64,000 bases of DNA from an uncultured Desulfatitalea sp. GTDB taxonomy: Bacteria > Desulfobacterota > Desulfobacteria > Desulfobacterales > Desulfosarcinaceae. The notes beneath the pieces were generated by a model, which was not told the origin of the DNA, made no database searches, and saw only the letters and a list, made by a program, of their open reading frames with translations. The translations under genes and the position numbers were made by a program. This document shows positions 1 through 10,240 of the stretch, in pieces (within the stretch, counting starts at the first letter, position 1; every line of letters starts with the position of its first letter). The DNA lies in the NCBI GenBank assembly GCA_963668675.2, contig CAXXMB010000001.1, positions 928,001-992,000 of the forward strand, given 5' to 3'.

Positions 1-625
1 AATCCCTCCCCATTCTACCATCGGGCATCGGCGTCTCATCTGAAGGAACGGCTGTCGTGTGCAGCAGTGCATCGGGATACCACTGCAGCAATTGATCGGC
101 CAACCGTTTGCGTTCATCATCCTGCGTGCTGCCAAGGAATCCGATGGTGTGCTGTTTCGGCAACTGATCATACCCTGTGATCCAGTTGAAAATCTCTTCG
201 GGAAGCGACATGGGAAGCGGTATGCTGTGGTCCGTACCGTCGGTCTCCCTTCGGAAAAGCGCATATTGCCCGGGGGGGATGGGGCGCGCCTGATCTTCCC
301 CATCGATGATCGCCAGACGTTGGGATGGCCGGTTGAATTGCAAGGTGTAAGTGGGCAGCGACCTGTAGTCGCATACAATCAGGTCGAAATGACCGGTCAT
401 GACCTTGGCTTCCAGATCATCGCGATCCACCTTTCCGTCATCATGGGGAAACCACCCCGGACAGAGTTGGTCCTCAGTACATACGCCAAGCCCCAATGTG
501 CCCTCATAGAGGCAATCCTTGCGTGGAAAGTCGACCACGTCCGGACCGAGCAGCTTTCTCAAACCATGAAGCAACAGGTCCGGGACGTAGTTGGGATAGG
601 GGTTGGTGAGGAAAAGAATTCTCAA
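1..625 (-). CDS. Probable glycosyltransferase (GT-B-like), runs off the left edge
   Basis: Translated by hand. TTG start overlaps the upstream TGA (TTGA at 622-625). Frame MRILFLTNPYPNYVPDLLLHGLRKLLG...AIIDGED...IGFLGS stays open to position 1. Absent from the ORF track. Confidence 0.7.
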   Translation of the reverse strand, partial: MRILFLTNPYPNYVPDLLLHGLRKLLGPDVVDFPRKDCLYEGTLGLGVCTEDQLCPGWFPHDDGKVDRDDLEAKVMTGHFDLIVCDYRSLPTYTLQFNRPSQRLAIIDGEDQARPIPPGQYALFRRETDGTDHSIPLPMSLPEEIFNWITGYDQLPKQHTIGFLGSTQDDERKRLADQLLQWYPDALLHTTAVPSDETPMPDGRMGRD

Positions 626-1356
626 AACGCCTGCCCCTTTTCGCTGCCGAACCATTTTTGTTTGAACTTTATTCGATTGGCCTGAAGTAGTTTGTTGCGA
701 TAGACAGTTTTGTCGAAATAGCAAATGGGAACATTTTCCCGGCCGGCCGAGATGCCCCACTCATGTTCAAACGCAGTCACCGGAACGGTATAGCAGGCCA
801 GACCGGCCTTCATCACCTGCACACCCATATCCCACTCCTCCATAAAGCAGGGGCTGTAGCGAACATCGAAACTCAATTTGTGTTCGGCAAAGCGCTGCAT
901 ATGAATAGCAAACAAAAAGCCGGACACATCGTGAGTGCGCAACGGCGCATCGAAGGTCCCCTTTTGAAAATATTGGATGACCCGCATATGGGTAAAATCG
1001 ACATATGCCCCCTGTGGGGCAACCAGCACAGCCTTCGGCAGGTGATAGAGGTAGTGCTCAAGCTGCATTACGGCTGTCTGTTCGATATGCAGGTCCGAGT
1101 TGAGGACAAATACCGTTTTGGCCTCGGAGAGGTTCAGTCCCATGTTCCAGGAGCGACTTACGCCGGCATTGGTTTTGTTGTAGGCGTACTTGTCAATGCG
1201 GGGATGGTGCCGCATTCGTTTAAAAACAGTTTCACTGTTGAAGATGCAGATCACTTCGCCCGGGATGCTGCTCAGATCTTCCAACAGTGTCTCGATATTG
1301 TAGCGGTCACTCTCGCCCAGTTTCAATATCGGTATCACAAAACTGCGTTCCGCCAT
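622..1356 (-). CDS. Glycosyltransferase family 2-like protein
   Basis: SFVIP start, NAGVSRSWNMG, LNSD (DxD-like), SGFLFA, FMEEWD; GGAG RBS. Confidence 0.8.
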   Translation of the reverse strand: MAERSFVIPILKLGESDRYNIETLLEDLSSIPGEVICIFNSETVFKRMRHHPRIDKYAYNKTNAGVSRSWNMGLNLSEAKTVFVLNSDLHIEQTAVMQLEHYLYHLPKAVLVAPQGAYVDFTHMRVIQYFQKGTFDAPLRTHDVSGFLFAIHMQRFAEHKLSFDVRYSPCFMEEWDMGVQVMKAGLACYTVPVTAFEHEWGISAGRENVPICYFDKTVYRNKLLQANRIKFKQKWFGSEKGQAF

Positions 1357-1414
1357 CGATTGTCTCCGAATCTTTAAGAATTCTCCTCAAAGGCATCTGT
1401 CGATGACCCTTTTC

Positions 1415-1431
1415 TGCAAGAGGTAGGCCAA
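1415..1431 (-). promoter_or_regulatory. Sigma-54 (-24/-12) promoter for the 622-1356 operon
   Basis: Minus strand TTGGCCTACCTCTTGCA = GG-N10-GC, about 60 bp upstream of the ATG. Confidence 0.7.
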
Positions 1432-1605
1432 TCACCGGACGTCTTTCATTTAAGTCGGATCGATCAAGCCCCTTGTTATAGGCGATATCCGGCAGGGCAA
1501 AGCAAAGGGTTGTCATGAAAGAGGTTGTGAGACGCTATCTTCACGTGGGCGCCCCGGTGGATCATAAAAGGCCACCGTCGAATTAAGAAAGCCGCTTAAA
1601 AAAAC

Positions 1606-1619
1606 GCCAATATTTTGAC
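1606..1619. promoter_or_regulatory. Putative enhancer-binding-protein site (FleQ-box-like)
   Basis: GCCAATATTTTGAC, imperfect palindrome midway between two divergent sigma-54 promoters. Confidence 0.4.
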
Positions 1620-1802
1620 TGATCTTCCCCATCGAAGCGGCATTTTACCGCTTCATAATCCGGCGTGCCTCTCCTTACACCCGTTGCCGTTTGATAATTT
1701 TTATGACGTGGGAAATGAAAATTGCGTTTGAATTAAGGCACGTATGCGTTTCTGATGGGGACGCATTTCCGAATCCACCCAGCGTTCAACCCCTGCCGGC
1801 TT

Positions 1803-1819
1803 AAGGCATAGGAATTGCT
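1803..1819 (+). promoter_or_regulatory. Sigma-54 promoter for the TPR-GT operon
   Basis: AAGGCATAGGAATTGCT = GG-N10-GC with TTGC. Confidence 0.7.
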
Positions 1820-1855
1820 AAAAGCTATGGTGTTTCCAATAGCCTCGGGCCAGGC

Positions 1856-4800
1856 ATGAAGATCTTGAAACCTAAGAGAGATGCCTTTCAACAGGGACGA
1901 ATGAACATCGAAGCGCTAAATGTCGAAAACAGAGGTGATCTGGTCAACGCCATCCAACTGTTCCAATCGGGGGCTGTGGACCAGGCAATGCACATCTGTC
2001 ACCATCTGCTGGCACACAATCCGAACCATCCGGATGCCCATCAGTTGATGGGCTTGATTGAATTGGAACGTGGTCGTTTCTCGGCGGCCCACTCCCGATT
2101 GGCGCAAGCGCTTTCGATCGCTCCGGACCGTGCGGAGTTCCATAACGACATGGGACTGATCCTGATGGCCATGGAGCACTACGACGAGGCCGTGGCCTCC
2201 TTCCGGGCAGCATTGGACGTCGAACCGAAAATGGTGGGTGCCCATTACAATCGAGGCCTCGCCCACAAAGCGCTGGACAACCACCCTGCAGCAGTCAGAT
2301 CATTTATTGCCACCTTGCGATATGATCCCGTGCATCCAAAAGCGCACTTCAGTCTGGGAGACCTTTTGCTGGCCAGACGGGAATTCGAGGGTGCTGAAAG
2401 GCATCTTCGGTCAGCAATCAGAAGCAACCCGAAATATGTTGCCGCATACAACCACCTGGCCATCTGTTTAAGCGAACAGGAGCGGGTCGAAGAGGCCCGT
2501 CGGCTGCTCTATCAGGCACTGGAGATCGATCCTCTCTGTGCCGCCACCCACTGCAATCTCGGCAATCTGGCACGGCAATCCCATGATTTTAAAGAGGCGA
2601 TCCGGCGATATATGGAGGCGGTGCGGTTGCAACCTGACTTTATCGAGGCTCATTTCAATCTAAGTGTGGTTCTGTTGCTTCTGGGAGACTTTGAATCGGG
2701 TTGGCCGGAATACGAGTGGCGCCTGCGCCTCTTCTCCGCAGGCAGCGGCTACCCCAATCGACATGGCCTGCCACTGTGGAGGGGCCAATCCCTCAAAGGC
2801 AAAACGATCCTGGTTTACGACGAACAAGGTTTCGGCGATGTCTTCATGTCCAGCCGCTACCTGCCAATACTGAAAGCCCGGGGCGCCCGGGTGGTGTTCG
2901 AGACCAGGACCGCCCTATTCGATCTGTTTGAAAAGATGCCCTATATCGACGAAACAACCCTTCGCCATACAGAACAGCCTCCTGCGTTCAGATGCGACTA
3001 TTGTATCCCCTTGTTAAGCCTTCCTGGGCGATTAGGCACCGCACAGGAGAGCATCAGATTTGATGCGCCCTATCTCTTCGCCAATGCGCTAAAATCCAAA
3101 CAGTGGGGCCGCAAAATGCCCGGTGATGGCTGGAAAATAGGATTGGTTTGGCAAGGATCGAAATCCGACCGTACAAGACGATGGGTAGACCTCGATATGT
3201 TATCGAAACTATCTCATCTAAAAGGAGTCCAATGGTATGGATTGCAGAAGGAGCATTCTCCTCTTTCAAACGGACGGGATGACTGGCTGATCCAACTGGG
3301 TGCTGACTTCAACGATTTCTCCGACACCGCCGCCGCCATCGCCAACCTGGACCTGGTCATCACTATCGACACAGCCGTTGCCCATCTGGCCGGCGCCATG
3401 GGAAAACAGGTGTGGGTGTTGCTGCCCTTTGTGCCGGACTGGCGATGGTTTCTCGACGATGAGACGACGCCCTGGTATGCCGGCATGCGGCTCTATCGCC
3501 AACCTGCATCGGGGGATTGGGATACGCCGATCACCGCTCTCATTAATGATCTGAAAGCGTGGATGGAGCGCCGAAATTGTCGTGTACCAGACGAATCGAT
3601 TCAATCTTTGCAAGCGAACGCACTTGAACTGCACCGCAAACACGCTTTACCGGAGGCGGAGTCGCTCTACTGCGAGCTATTGGCCATCGCCCCGGAGCAT
3701 CATGGTGCGGCCGCCAGTCTCGGCTTGCTCTATCTGCAGGCCGGCCGCTACGATGATGCGGTCGAGACCCTGCAGCGGACCATGCGTTTAAAACCCGATG
3801 ACGCGCTCTCTATGAATAACCTGGGCCTTGCGTTTCATCGCTTGGGTCATCTTGAGCGCGCGGTGTTGGTTTACTTCAGCGCCATTGCCGTTAATCCCGA
3901 CTATGCCAACACCTATCACAACCTTGGCAATGTGTTCCTGGATATGCAGGATATGGAGGCCACCATCGTCTGCTATGCCAAAGCGCTCGACCTTAACCCC
4001 CAGGATGCCCGGGCCCAGTGCGAAATGGGAAAACTGCTTCTGAAAAAGCTGGATCTGGCCGGTGCACGCACCCACTTTCAGCGATCGATTGATCTTTCGC
4101 CCGAAGACATAGAGGCAAGAGTAAGTCTGGCCACAACCGCACTGATGCAGGGCGATTTCAGTACAGGCTGGCACCACTACCAATGGCGTTTCAAAGCACG
4201 GGAGACGCGGAATCAGACCTACCCCCATCGATTCGAGCTGCCCCTTTGGCGGGGAGAGCCGTTTCCCGGCAAACGGCTGCTGGTCCACTGTGAACAGGGA
4301 TTTGGTGACACCATCCAATTTTCGCGCTTTCTCCCCCAGGTCAAAGCGCTTGGCGGCGAGGTGACGTTTCAACTCCAAGCCCAATTGCGGCCCCTCTTTC
4401 GTCATTTTCCGGGTGTTGACAGCCTGGATCTGCTTGCCGATGAGCAAACCAGCAAAATTTCTGCCGATCTGTATGTTCCGCTAATGGATCTTCCCCTCTG
4501 TCTTGGTGTCACACTGGAGACGATTCCAGCAAAGCCTTCCTATCTCGAACCCGACCGCAACCGAATCATCCAGTGGCGAGGCCGTATCGGGGCTGCCCGT
4601 TTCAAAATCGGTGTGGTTTGGGCCGGCAACCGCCACCATATCAATGACCACAACCGATCCTGCCGCCTCGAAGATATGCGTTTCATCGGAGAGTATGATC
4701 GGGTGATGATTTTCAGCCTTCAGAAAGATGTCACTGAATCGGACCGCCAAATCATCTCCCGTCAGTCGGCCTTCACACATATAGGGGATGCCTTGAACGA

Positions 4801-5062
4801 TTTCGGCGATACGGCAGCGGCCATCGCCTGTCTTGATCTGGTCATCACTGTGGATACCGCTATTGCGCACCTTGCCGGCGCCATGGGCAAACCCACGTGG
4901 GTGTTACTGCCCTATCTTCCGGACTGGCGCTGGATGACCGCACGGGACGATTCTCCCTGGTACCCCACGATGCGCCTGTTCCGCCAACCCGCAGCAGGGA
5001 AATGGGGCCCTGTCATGGACGCCGTCCGACAAGCCCTTGAAGAGGAACTCGACGGTGTCTGA
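1856..5062 (+). CDS. TPR-repeat glycosyltransferase with two (TPR + GT9-like GT-B) modules; start may be ATG 1901
   Basis: TPR arrays, then EQGFGD...DLVITIDTAVAHLAGAMG...DWRW, present twice. Confidence 0.88.
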   Translation: MKILKPKRDAFQQGRMNIEALNVENRGDLVNAIQLFQSGAVDQAMHICHHLLAHNPNHPDAHQLMGLIELERGRFSAAHSRLAQALSIAPDRAEFHNDMGLILMAMEHYDEAVASFRAALDVEPKMVGAHYNRGLAHKALDNHPAAVRSFIATLRYDPVHPKAHFSLGDLLLARREFEGAERHLRSAIRSNPKYVAAYNHLAICLSEQERVEEARRLLYQALEIDPLCAATHCNLGNLARQSHDFKEAIRRYMEAVRLQPDFIEAHFNLSVVLLLLGDFESGWPEYEWRLRLFSAGSGYPNRHGLPLWRGQSLKGKTILVYDEQGFGDVFMSSRYLPILKARGARVVFETRTALFDLFEKMPYIDETTLRHTEQPPAFRCDYCIPLLSLPGRLGTAQESIRFDAPYLFANALKSKQWGRKMPGDGWKIGLVWQGSKSDRTRRWVDLDMLSKLSHLKGVQWYGLQKEHSPLSNGRDDWLIQLGADFNDFSDTAAAIANLDLVITIDTAVAHLAGAMGKQVWVLLPFVPDWRWFLDDETTPWYAGMRLYRQPASGDWDTPITALINDLKAWMERRNCRVPDESIQSLQANALELHRKHALPEAESLYCELLAIAPEHHGAAASLGLLYLQAGRYDDAVETLQRTMRLKPDDALSMNNLGLAFHRLGHLERAVLVYFSAIAVNPDYANTYHNLGNVFLDMQDMEATIVCYAKALDLNPQDARAQCEMGKLLLKKLDLAGARTHFQRSIDLSPEDIEARVSLATTALMQGDFSTGWHHYQWRFKARETRNQTYPHRFELPLWRGEPFPGKRLLVHCEQGFGDTIQFSRFLPQVKALGGEVTFQLQAQLRPLFRHFPGVDSLDLLADEQTSKISADLYVPLMDLPLCLGVTLETIPAKPSYLEPDRNRIIQWRGRIGAARFKIGVVWAGNRHHINDHNRSCRLEDMRFIGEYDRVMIFSLQKDVTESDRQIISRQSAFTHIGDALNDFGDTAAAIACLDLVITVDTAIAHLAGAMGKPTWVLLPYLPDWRWMTARDDSPWYPTMRLFRQPAAGKWGPVMDAVRQALEEELDGV

Positions 5063-8000
5063 AAACAGCCGATTGATTGAAGATGCCGAACGCTTCGTTG
5101 CCGAGGGACAATGGCAGGCGGCAGCCCGCGCCTACGAGCAGTTGTCCGCGATCCACTCCTCCGAACCGGAAGTCTACTATCTGCACGGTCGGGTGCTCAT
5201 GGAGATGACTCAGTGGCAGGCGGCGTTGGGAAAGTTCGAACACGCTTTGGCCATCAGTGCGACAGAACCGCGCTATCATCTGGGCCGCGGAGACACCCTT
5301 CAGGCCATGGGTGCACTGCAAAAAGCATCGGATGCATATCGCCATGCGCTGACGCTGGCCCCGGACGATGGCGTTGCCATGGTTAATCTGGGCAATGTGA
5401 TGCACCAACAGGGAGATCTCTTGGCAGCTCTCGATTGGTTTGGTCGCGCCCTCAGGCTCGATCCGTCGAACCTCAAAGCGATGAACAACCTCGGCAAGAC
5501 ATTCCAGGACATGGGCGATCTGCGACGGGCAAGGATCTGGTATGACAAAGCCTTGGCCATTTCCCCCCACTATGCCGAAGCGCGTTTTAACCGCTCAACG
5601 GCAATGCTGGCGACCGGTGACTATATTAATGGATGGCGCGAATACGAGTGGCGCTTTCGGCGCAAATCAGCACGCCGCGTATACCCCCACCGCCTTCGTG
5701 GGCCACGATGGGACGCAACACCATTCCATGGCAAACGTCTGCTGGTCCACTGCGAGCAGGGGTTTGGAGATGTCATCCAGTTCTGTCGCTATCTGCCAGC
5801 TGTCAAAAAACGGGGAGGGACATTGATTTTAGAGGTTCACACGCCGTTGGTGCCGCTTCTGCAGGGCATGACTGCCGTGGACCGGGTCATTGCTTTTGAC
5901 AACCGGCGGCCTACGACGCATGAATACGATATTCATATCCCTTTGATGAGCCTTCCGTTGCTGCTGGGCACTACCTTGGAGAGCATTCCATCACAGATTC
6001 CCTATTTAAACCCATCACCTTCCATGCGGTCGCAGTGGCAGCGCCGCTCGGCTGAACATCTTGATCGCTCTGTCGGAATCGTCTGGTCCGGAAGCGCCAC
6101 CGATCCGCACCGTTCATGCCCGATGGAGTCGGTCATCCAACTGTGCTCCTCAGTCGCTGGTATTCGCTTTTTCAGCCTGCAGAAAGAGTTGCCGGAGGGG
6201 GTCACCGAAGATAAGCTCAGCGAGGCAGGAATCACCCATTGGGGAGAACGATTGAGCGACTTCGATGCCACCGCCGCAGCCATATCCCAGCTCGACCTGG
6301 TGATCTCCATCGACACGGCCACTGCACACCTTGCAGGTGCAATGGGCAAGCCGCTGTGGTTGCTTTTGCCACATGTCTCTGACTGGCGCTGGCTTCAAGA
6401 CCGTGACGACAGCCCCTGGTATCCAACGGCTCGCCTTTTTCGCCAACCGACAAAAGATGATTGGGCGGGAATGCTTCCCGCTGTCATCGAGGCGCTGCGC
6501 CATAAGTTTCCAACATCGGCCGAACATTGCCCCGCACCAATTGAAGCAACAACGGATCATCACGCGACTGGAAATCGACTTGCGAAACACGGTGATGTTG
6601 AGGAGGCGATCAAATCGTATCAGCTCGCCCTCATCGAGAGGCCCGAATGTGCCCAGACCCAATTTCAAATGGGTTGTGCGCTTCATCGACTCAATCGGTT
6701 CGATTCCGCCATCTCCGCTTATCAAAAAGCAGTGGATAGAGATCCAACCGTAGAGGCGGCCCATCGAAACATGGGGCTCGCCTGTTATCAAACCGGGCGT
6801 CTGCACGAGGCCGTCGACCATTATCAACAGGCATTGAAGCTGAATCCTGATGCCGTGGATCTATTGATCACCCTGGGCTCCCTCTACGCTCGATCCCAAA
6901 TACCGAAAAAAGCGGAGGCTTTTTATCGGCGTGCCCTCGAGGTCGAGCCAAACAGCCTCTCCGCCCGCTATAATCTTGGCAATTTATGGCTCGACCAGGG
7001 CCGCTTGGCGTCTGCGGCGCAGACCTACCAACTGGTTCTCGATCGCAATCCACGGCACTTGAAATCACTCTGCAATATGGGTCGTGCGTTGCACCGACTG
7101 GGCCGTCTTCAGGAGGCGCTGACCGCTTACGATCGTGGCTTGGCTATCGATCCCCTCCATGCGGAGTTGAGATTCAATCGTGCCATCACCCTTCTCCTCG
7201 CTGGCGAGTGGAAGGCGGCATGGCCCGATTACGAATGGCGCTTCAAATGCCACAACCGCCATCGCATCTATCCTCATCAGCTGAGCGGGCAACGGTGGCA
7301 AGGAGAGCCCTTTCAGGGAAAGACCCTTCTGATACACGCCGAACAGGGATTGGGCGATGCCATTCAATATGTGCGATATATGCCGGAAGTAAAAGCGCGC
7401 GGAGGAGAGGTCGTATTGGAGACGCATCCATCGTTGGTGCGTCTGTTCGAGCGAGTGGAAGCCATCGATCGGCTCGAGGTGCTTTCGCCCCAACAGCCTC
7501 CCGGGGTGCGATATGATCTCTTCGTCCCTATGTGCAGCCTATCCGGCATCTTGGACGAAACCCCCTTGGACACACCATCAACATCACCCTATCTCTCTGT
7601 TGAAGCGAGTGAGGTCAAGACGTGGCGCTCCCGATTGCCTTCGCACGGCATCAATATCGGCATCGTATGGGCTGGCAGCGACACCTATCCCGAACGCACC
7701 TGCAGCCTCGATGACTTTTCAGCACTGGCGGATCTCCCTGATATCAACTGGATTGGATTGCAAAAAGGGCCGTCCGCCTCACAGGCCGACGCGGCAAATG
7801 CTCCTCCGGGTTTAGATATCTGCAACTGGGGTGAGGACTTTTCAGATTTCAGGGAGACGGCCGCTGCTATATCGTCCCTCGACCTGGTGATCTCAATTGA
7901 CACCTCCGTCGCACATTTGGCGGGCGCATTGGGAAGACAGACCTTTCTGTTGCTGCCTGAGGTACCGGACTGGCGCTGGCTGCTGAATAGCACCACATCG

Positions 8001-8126
8001 CACTGGTACAACGGGATGAAGCTGTTTCGCCAGCGCCGGCAAGGTGATTGGCGTTCGGTTATGCTTCAGGTCATGGAGGAGTTGGCCTTGCTTTATGGCA
8101 GTCTCGCCGTCTCGCCAATGCTTTAA
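5055..8126 (+). CDS. TPR-repeat glycosyltransferase with two (TPR + GT9-like) modules, paralogue of the upstream gene
   Basis: Same doubled EQG(F/L)GD / IDT..AHLAGA.G / DWRW motifs. GTG 5055 follows a GAGG RBS (ORF track starts at 5037). Confidence 0.88.
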   Translation: MSENSRLIEDAERFVAEGQWQAAARAYEQLSAIHSSEPEVYYLHGRVLMEMTQWQAALGKFEHALAISATEPRYHLGRGDTLQAMGALQKASDAYRHALTLAPDDGVAMVNLGNVMHQQGDLLAALDWFGRALRLDPSNLKAMNNLGKTFQDMGDLRRARIWYDKALAISPHYAEARFNRSTAMLATGDYINGWREYEWRFRRKSARRVYPHRLRGPRWDATPFHGKRLLVHCEQGFGDVIQFCRYLPAVKKRGGTLILEVHTPLVPLLQGMTAVDRVIAFDNRRPTTHEYDIHIPLMSLPLLLGTTLESIPSQIPYLNPSPSMRSQWQRRSAEHLDRSVGIVWSGSATDPHRSCPMESVIQLCSSVAGIRFFSLQKELPEGVTEDKLSEAGITHWGERLSDFDATAAAISQLDLVISIDTATAHLAGAMGKPLWLLLPHVSDWRWLQDRDDSPWYPTARLFRQPTKDDWAGMLPAVIEALRHKFPTSAEHCPAPIEATTDHHATGNRLAKHGDVEEAIKSYQLALIERPECAQTQFQMGCALHRLNRFDSAISAYQKAVDRDPTVEAAHRNMGLACYQTGRLHEAVDHYQQALKLNPDAVDLLITLGSLYARSQIPKKAEAFYRRALEVEPNSLSARYNLGNLWLDQGRLASAAQTYQLVLDRNPRHLKSLCNMGRALHRLGRLQEALTAYDRGLAIDPLHAELRFNRAITLLLAGEWKAAWPDYEWRFKCHNRHRIYPHQLSGQRWQGEPFQGKTLLIHAEQGLGDAIQYVRYMPEVKARGGEVVLETHPSLVRLFERVEAIDRLEVLSPQQPPGVRYDLFVPMCSLSGILDETPLDTPSTSPYLSVEASEVKTWRSRLPSHGINIGIVWAGSDTYPERTCSLDDFSALADLPDINWIGLQKGPSASQADAANAPPGLDICNWGEDFSDFRETAAAISSLDLVISIDTSVAHLAGALGRQTFLLLPEVPDWRWLLNSTTSHWYNGMKLFRQRRQGDWRSVMLQVMEELALLYGSLAVSPML

Positions 8127-8155
8127 TTGATAAAACAGATAGCGCAGATCAGGGA

Positions 8156-8172
8156 TTGGCCTGAATTTTGCT
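8156..8172 (+). promoter_or_regulatory. Sigma-54 promoter
   Basis: TTGGCCTGAATTTTGCT = GG-N10-GC, about 50 bp upstream of ATG 8221. Confidence 0.7.
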
Positions 8173-8220
8173 GTGCTTTAAACCAATTGCATTAATTCAT
8201 TAATAGAAAGAGATCATACC

Positions 8221-9393
8221 ATGACTGTAGAGTCCATTCTCAGTGAAGCAATGGCAAAGCACCGTGCCGGCGATTTAGATGCCGCAGAGACGCTTTACAA
8301 CAACATTCTGGCCATCGATCCAGGTGACCCGGACGTCTTGAATCTGCTCGGCGTGCTCTCGCTGCAATGCGAACGATTGGAAGAGGCCGGCCGACTCATC
8401 CGCAAGGCCATCAACGTTGATTCGACAATAGCAGAGTACCACTACAATCTTGCCGAAGTCCTTCGCCACCAAGGCGATACAGATTCAGCCCAGAAGTGTT
8501 ACCGGCAGTCGCTTGAGCTCAACCCCCAATTGGAAATCGCAAAGGATCATCTCGCATCTCTCACCGAGAGCGCTCCAAGCGTTACAATGGCCGACGGTCA
8601 TCCGTTGAAGCGGTTTGAAGTGGTGCAGGCGGTGATCGATCGAATCAAAGCGAAAACTTATCTGGAGATCGGCATCGATTCCGGCGAATCTTTCGTCAAC
8701 ATCAGCGCTGAAAGGAAATATGGCGTTGATCCGGTTGCAACCAACGATTTGATCAATCGATTGCTCAAGAATGCTGGCATCAGCTTCTTCAAATATGAAT
8801 CTGTCGGGGCCAACGGCGCCATACAGATCGGATTGAATGCCACTAACACCCTTCCGGGCGATATGCCTTCGAATGAAAGTTCCGAGTTCTATTACGAAAC
8901 GTCGGATCTCTTTTTTGCCCAACACGCGCCTCTGCTCTTTAAGGACACGCCGGTCGACGTGGCCTTTGTAGATGGACTGCACACCTATCAACAGACCTAC
9001 CTGGACGTTGCCAATGTGCTCGATTTGATATCCGAAGACGGCGTCATTCTGATGCATGACTGTAACCCACCCACCGAAGCATCTGCCTTTCCGGCACCCT
9101 CTTGGGAAGAGGCATCAAAGATGCAAATCCCCGGATGGGACGGCCGGTGGTGCGGCGACGTATGGAAGTCGATCGTGCGGCTCAGGGCCACCCGCAGTGA
9201 TCTGAGAGTATTCGTGCTCGATTGCGATTTCGGTATCGGCGTCGTCTACAAAGGCCAGCCCGAAGGCACACTCGACATTTCAATACCGGATATAGAAAAC
9301 CTGACCTATGCGGATCTTCAGAAAGACAGGGAGGGGATACTCAACCTCAAACCACAGGACTACCTGTACGAGTTTTTGCGAACGAAATGTTAA
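8221..9393 (+). CDS. TPR + class I SAM-dependent methyltransferase (Methyltransf_24-like)
   Basis: N-terminal TPRs; YLEIGIDSG, FVDGLHTY, MHDCNP, WCGDVWK motifs. Confidence 0.8.
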   Translation: MTVESILSEAMAKHRAGDLDAAETLYNNILAIDPGDPDVLNLLGVLSLQCERLEEAGRLIRKAINVDSTIAEYHYNLAEVLRHQGDTDSAQKCYRQSLELNPQLEIAKDHLASLTESAPSVTMADGHPLKRFEVVQAVIDRIKAKTYLEIGIDSGESFVNISAERKYGVDPVATNDLINRLLKNAGISFFKYESVGANGAIQIGLNATNTLPGDMPSNESSEFYYETSDLFFAQHAPLLFKDTPVDVAFVDGLHTYQQTYLDVANVLDLISEDGVILMHDCNPPTEASAFPAPSWEEASKMQIPGWDGRWCGDVWKSIVRLRATRSDLRVFVLDCDFGIGVVYKGQPEGTLDISIPDIENLTYADLQKDREGILNLKPQDYLYEFLRTKC

Positions 9394-9479
9394 CCGATGT
9401 GCCACTCCAAGGTTGAAGGAGCAGGCGCATCCTGTCATCGAATTGACGGGTCTGAACTGCATCAGAGAAGGACGACGGC

Positions 9480-10217
9480 ATGCTGAAGCTGATCTATCGC
9501 ATCTGCGATCACCGCAATGGCGGCACAAAAATACCCCAAATCAACAAGCGCCAATGCTTTTTGAACTTTGTCGAGGTGTTCGGTACAGACAACCTGATGG
9601 TCATCGCTGACAACACCCGCCAGGAGACCATCGACTTTTTGAGTCGCTTCACCAGCTCGATTGAATGCACCTCCCTGGGCAATGCCGCCAGCTTCGTTCG
9701 AGCCTTGGATATCGCCGTTCGGTTCGATGACGATCAGCCGGTCTACCTGGTGGAGGATGACTACATCCATGCACTCAAGGGGCCCCAATATATCGCCGAA
9801 GGGCTTAATCGAGCCGACTATGTCAGTCTCTACGACCATGCCGACAAGTATATGGATAACAGCCCCAATCCGCTTGTATCAGGGGGTGGAGAGAACACCA
9901 AGGTCATCCTGACACCTTCGACCCATTGGAAGTACACCAACTCGACCACCATGACTTTTGCAGCCCGGGCGAAAACGCTCAAGTCGGATCAGCAGGTCTT
10001 TCGTCACTACTGCTCGGGATCGACGCCTCTCGATTACTTCATCTTCCGCAAAATCGCTGAAAGCGGTAGGACACTCATCACGCCGATTCCGGGCCGATCA
10101 ACCCATTGCGATGAATATCCTTCTCCCTTTATTTTTGACGTGCCCTTGCCCTTCAAGCAGTTGAACCCGCAGGAGCGTGGTCACACCCAGGCGCAACGCC
10201 TGCATAACAGTGCCTGA
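9480..10217 (+). CDS. Putative GT-A fold glycosyltransferase-like protein
   Basis: YLVEDDYIH acidic motif, YVSLYDH; flanked by GT genes. Confidence 0.55.
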   Translation: MLKLIYRICDHRNGGTKIPQINKRQCFLNFVEVFGTDNLMVIADNTRQETIDFLSRFTSSIECTSLGNAASFVRALDIAVRFDDDQPVYLVEDDYIHALKGPQYIAEGLNRADYVSLYDHADKYMDNSPNPLVSGGGENTKVILTPSTHWKYTNSTTMTFAARAKTLKSDQQVFRHYCSGSTPLDYFIFRKIAESGRTLITPIPGRSTHCDEYPSPFIFDVPLPFKQLNPQERGHTQAQRLHNSA

Positions 10218-10240
10218 AACGGACATTTAAAGGAGCTGCA

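Noticed and set aside
59..685. 208-aa plus-strand ORF
   Set aside because: Shadow of the minus-strand glycosyltransferase-like gene.
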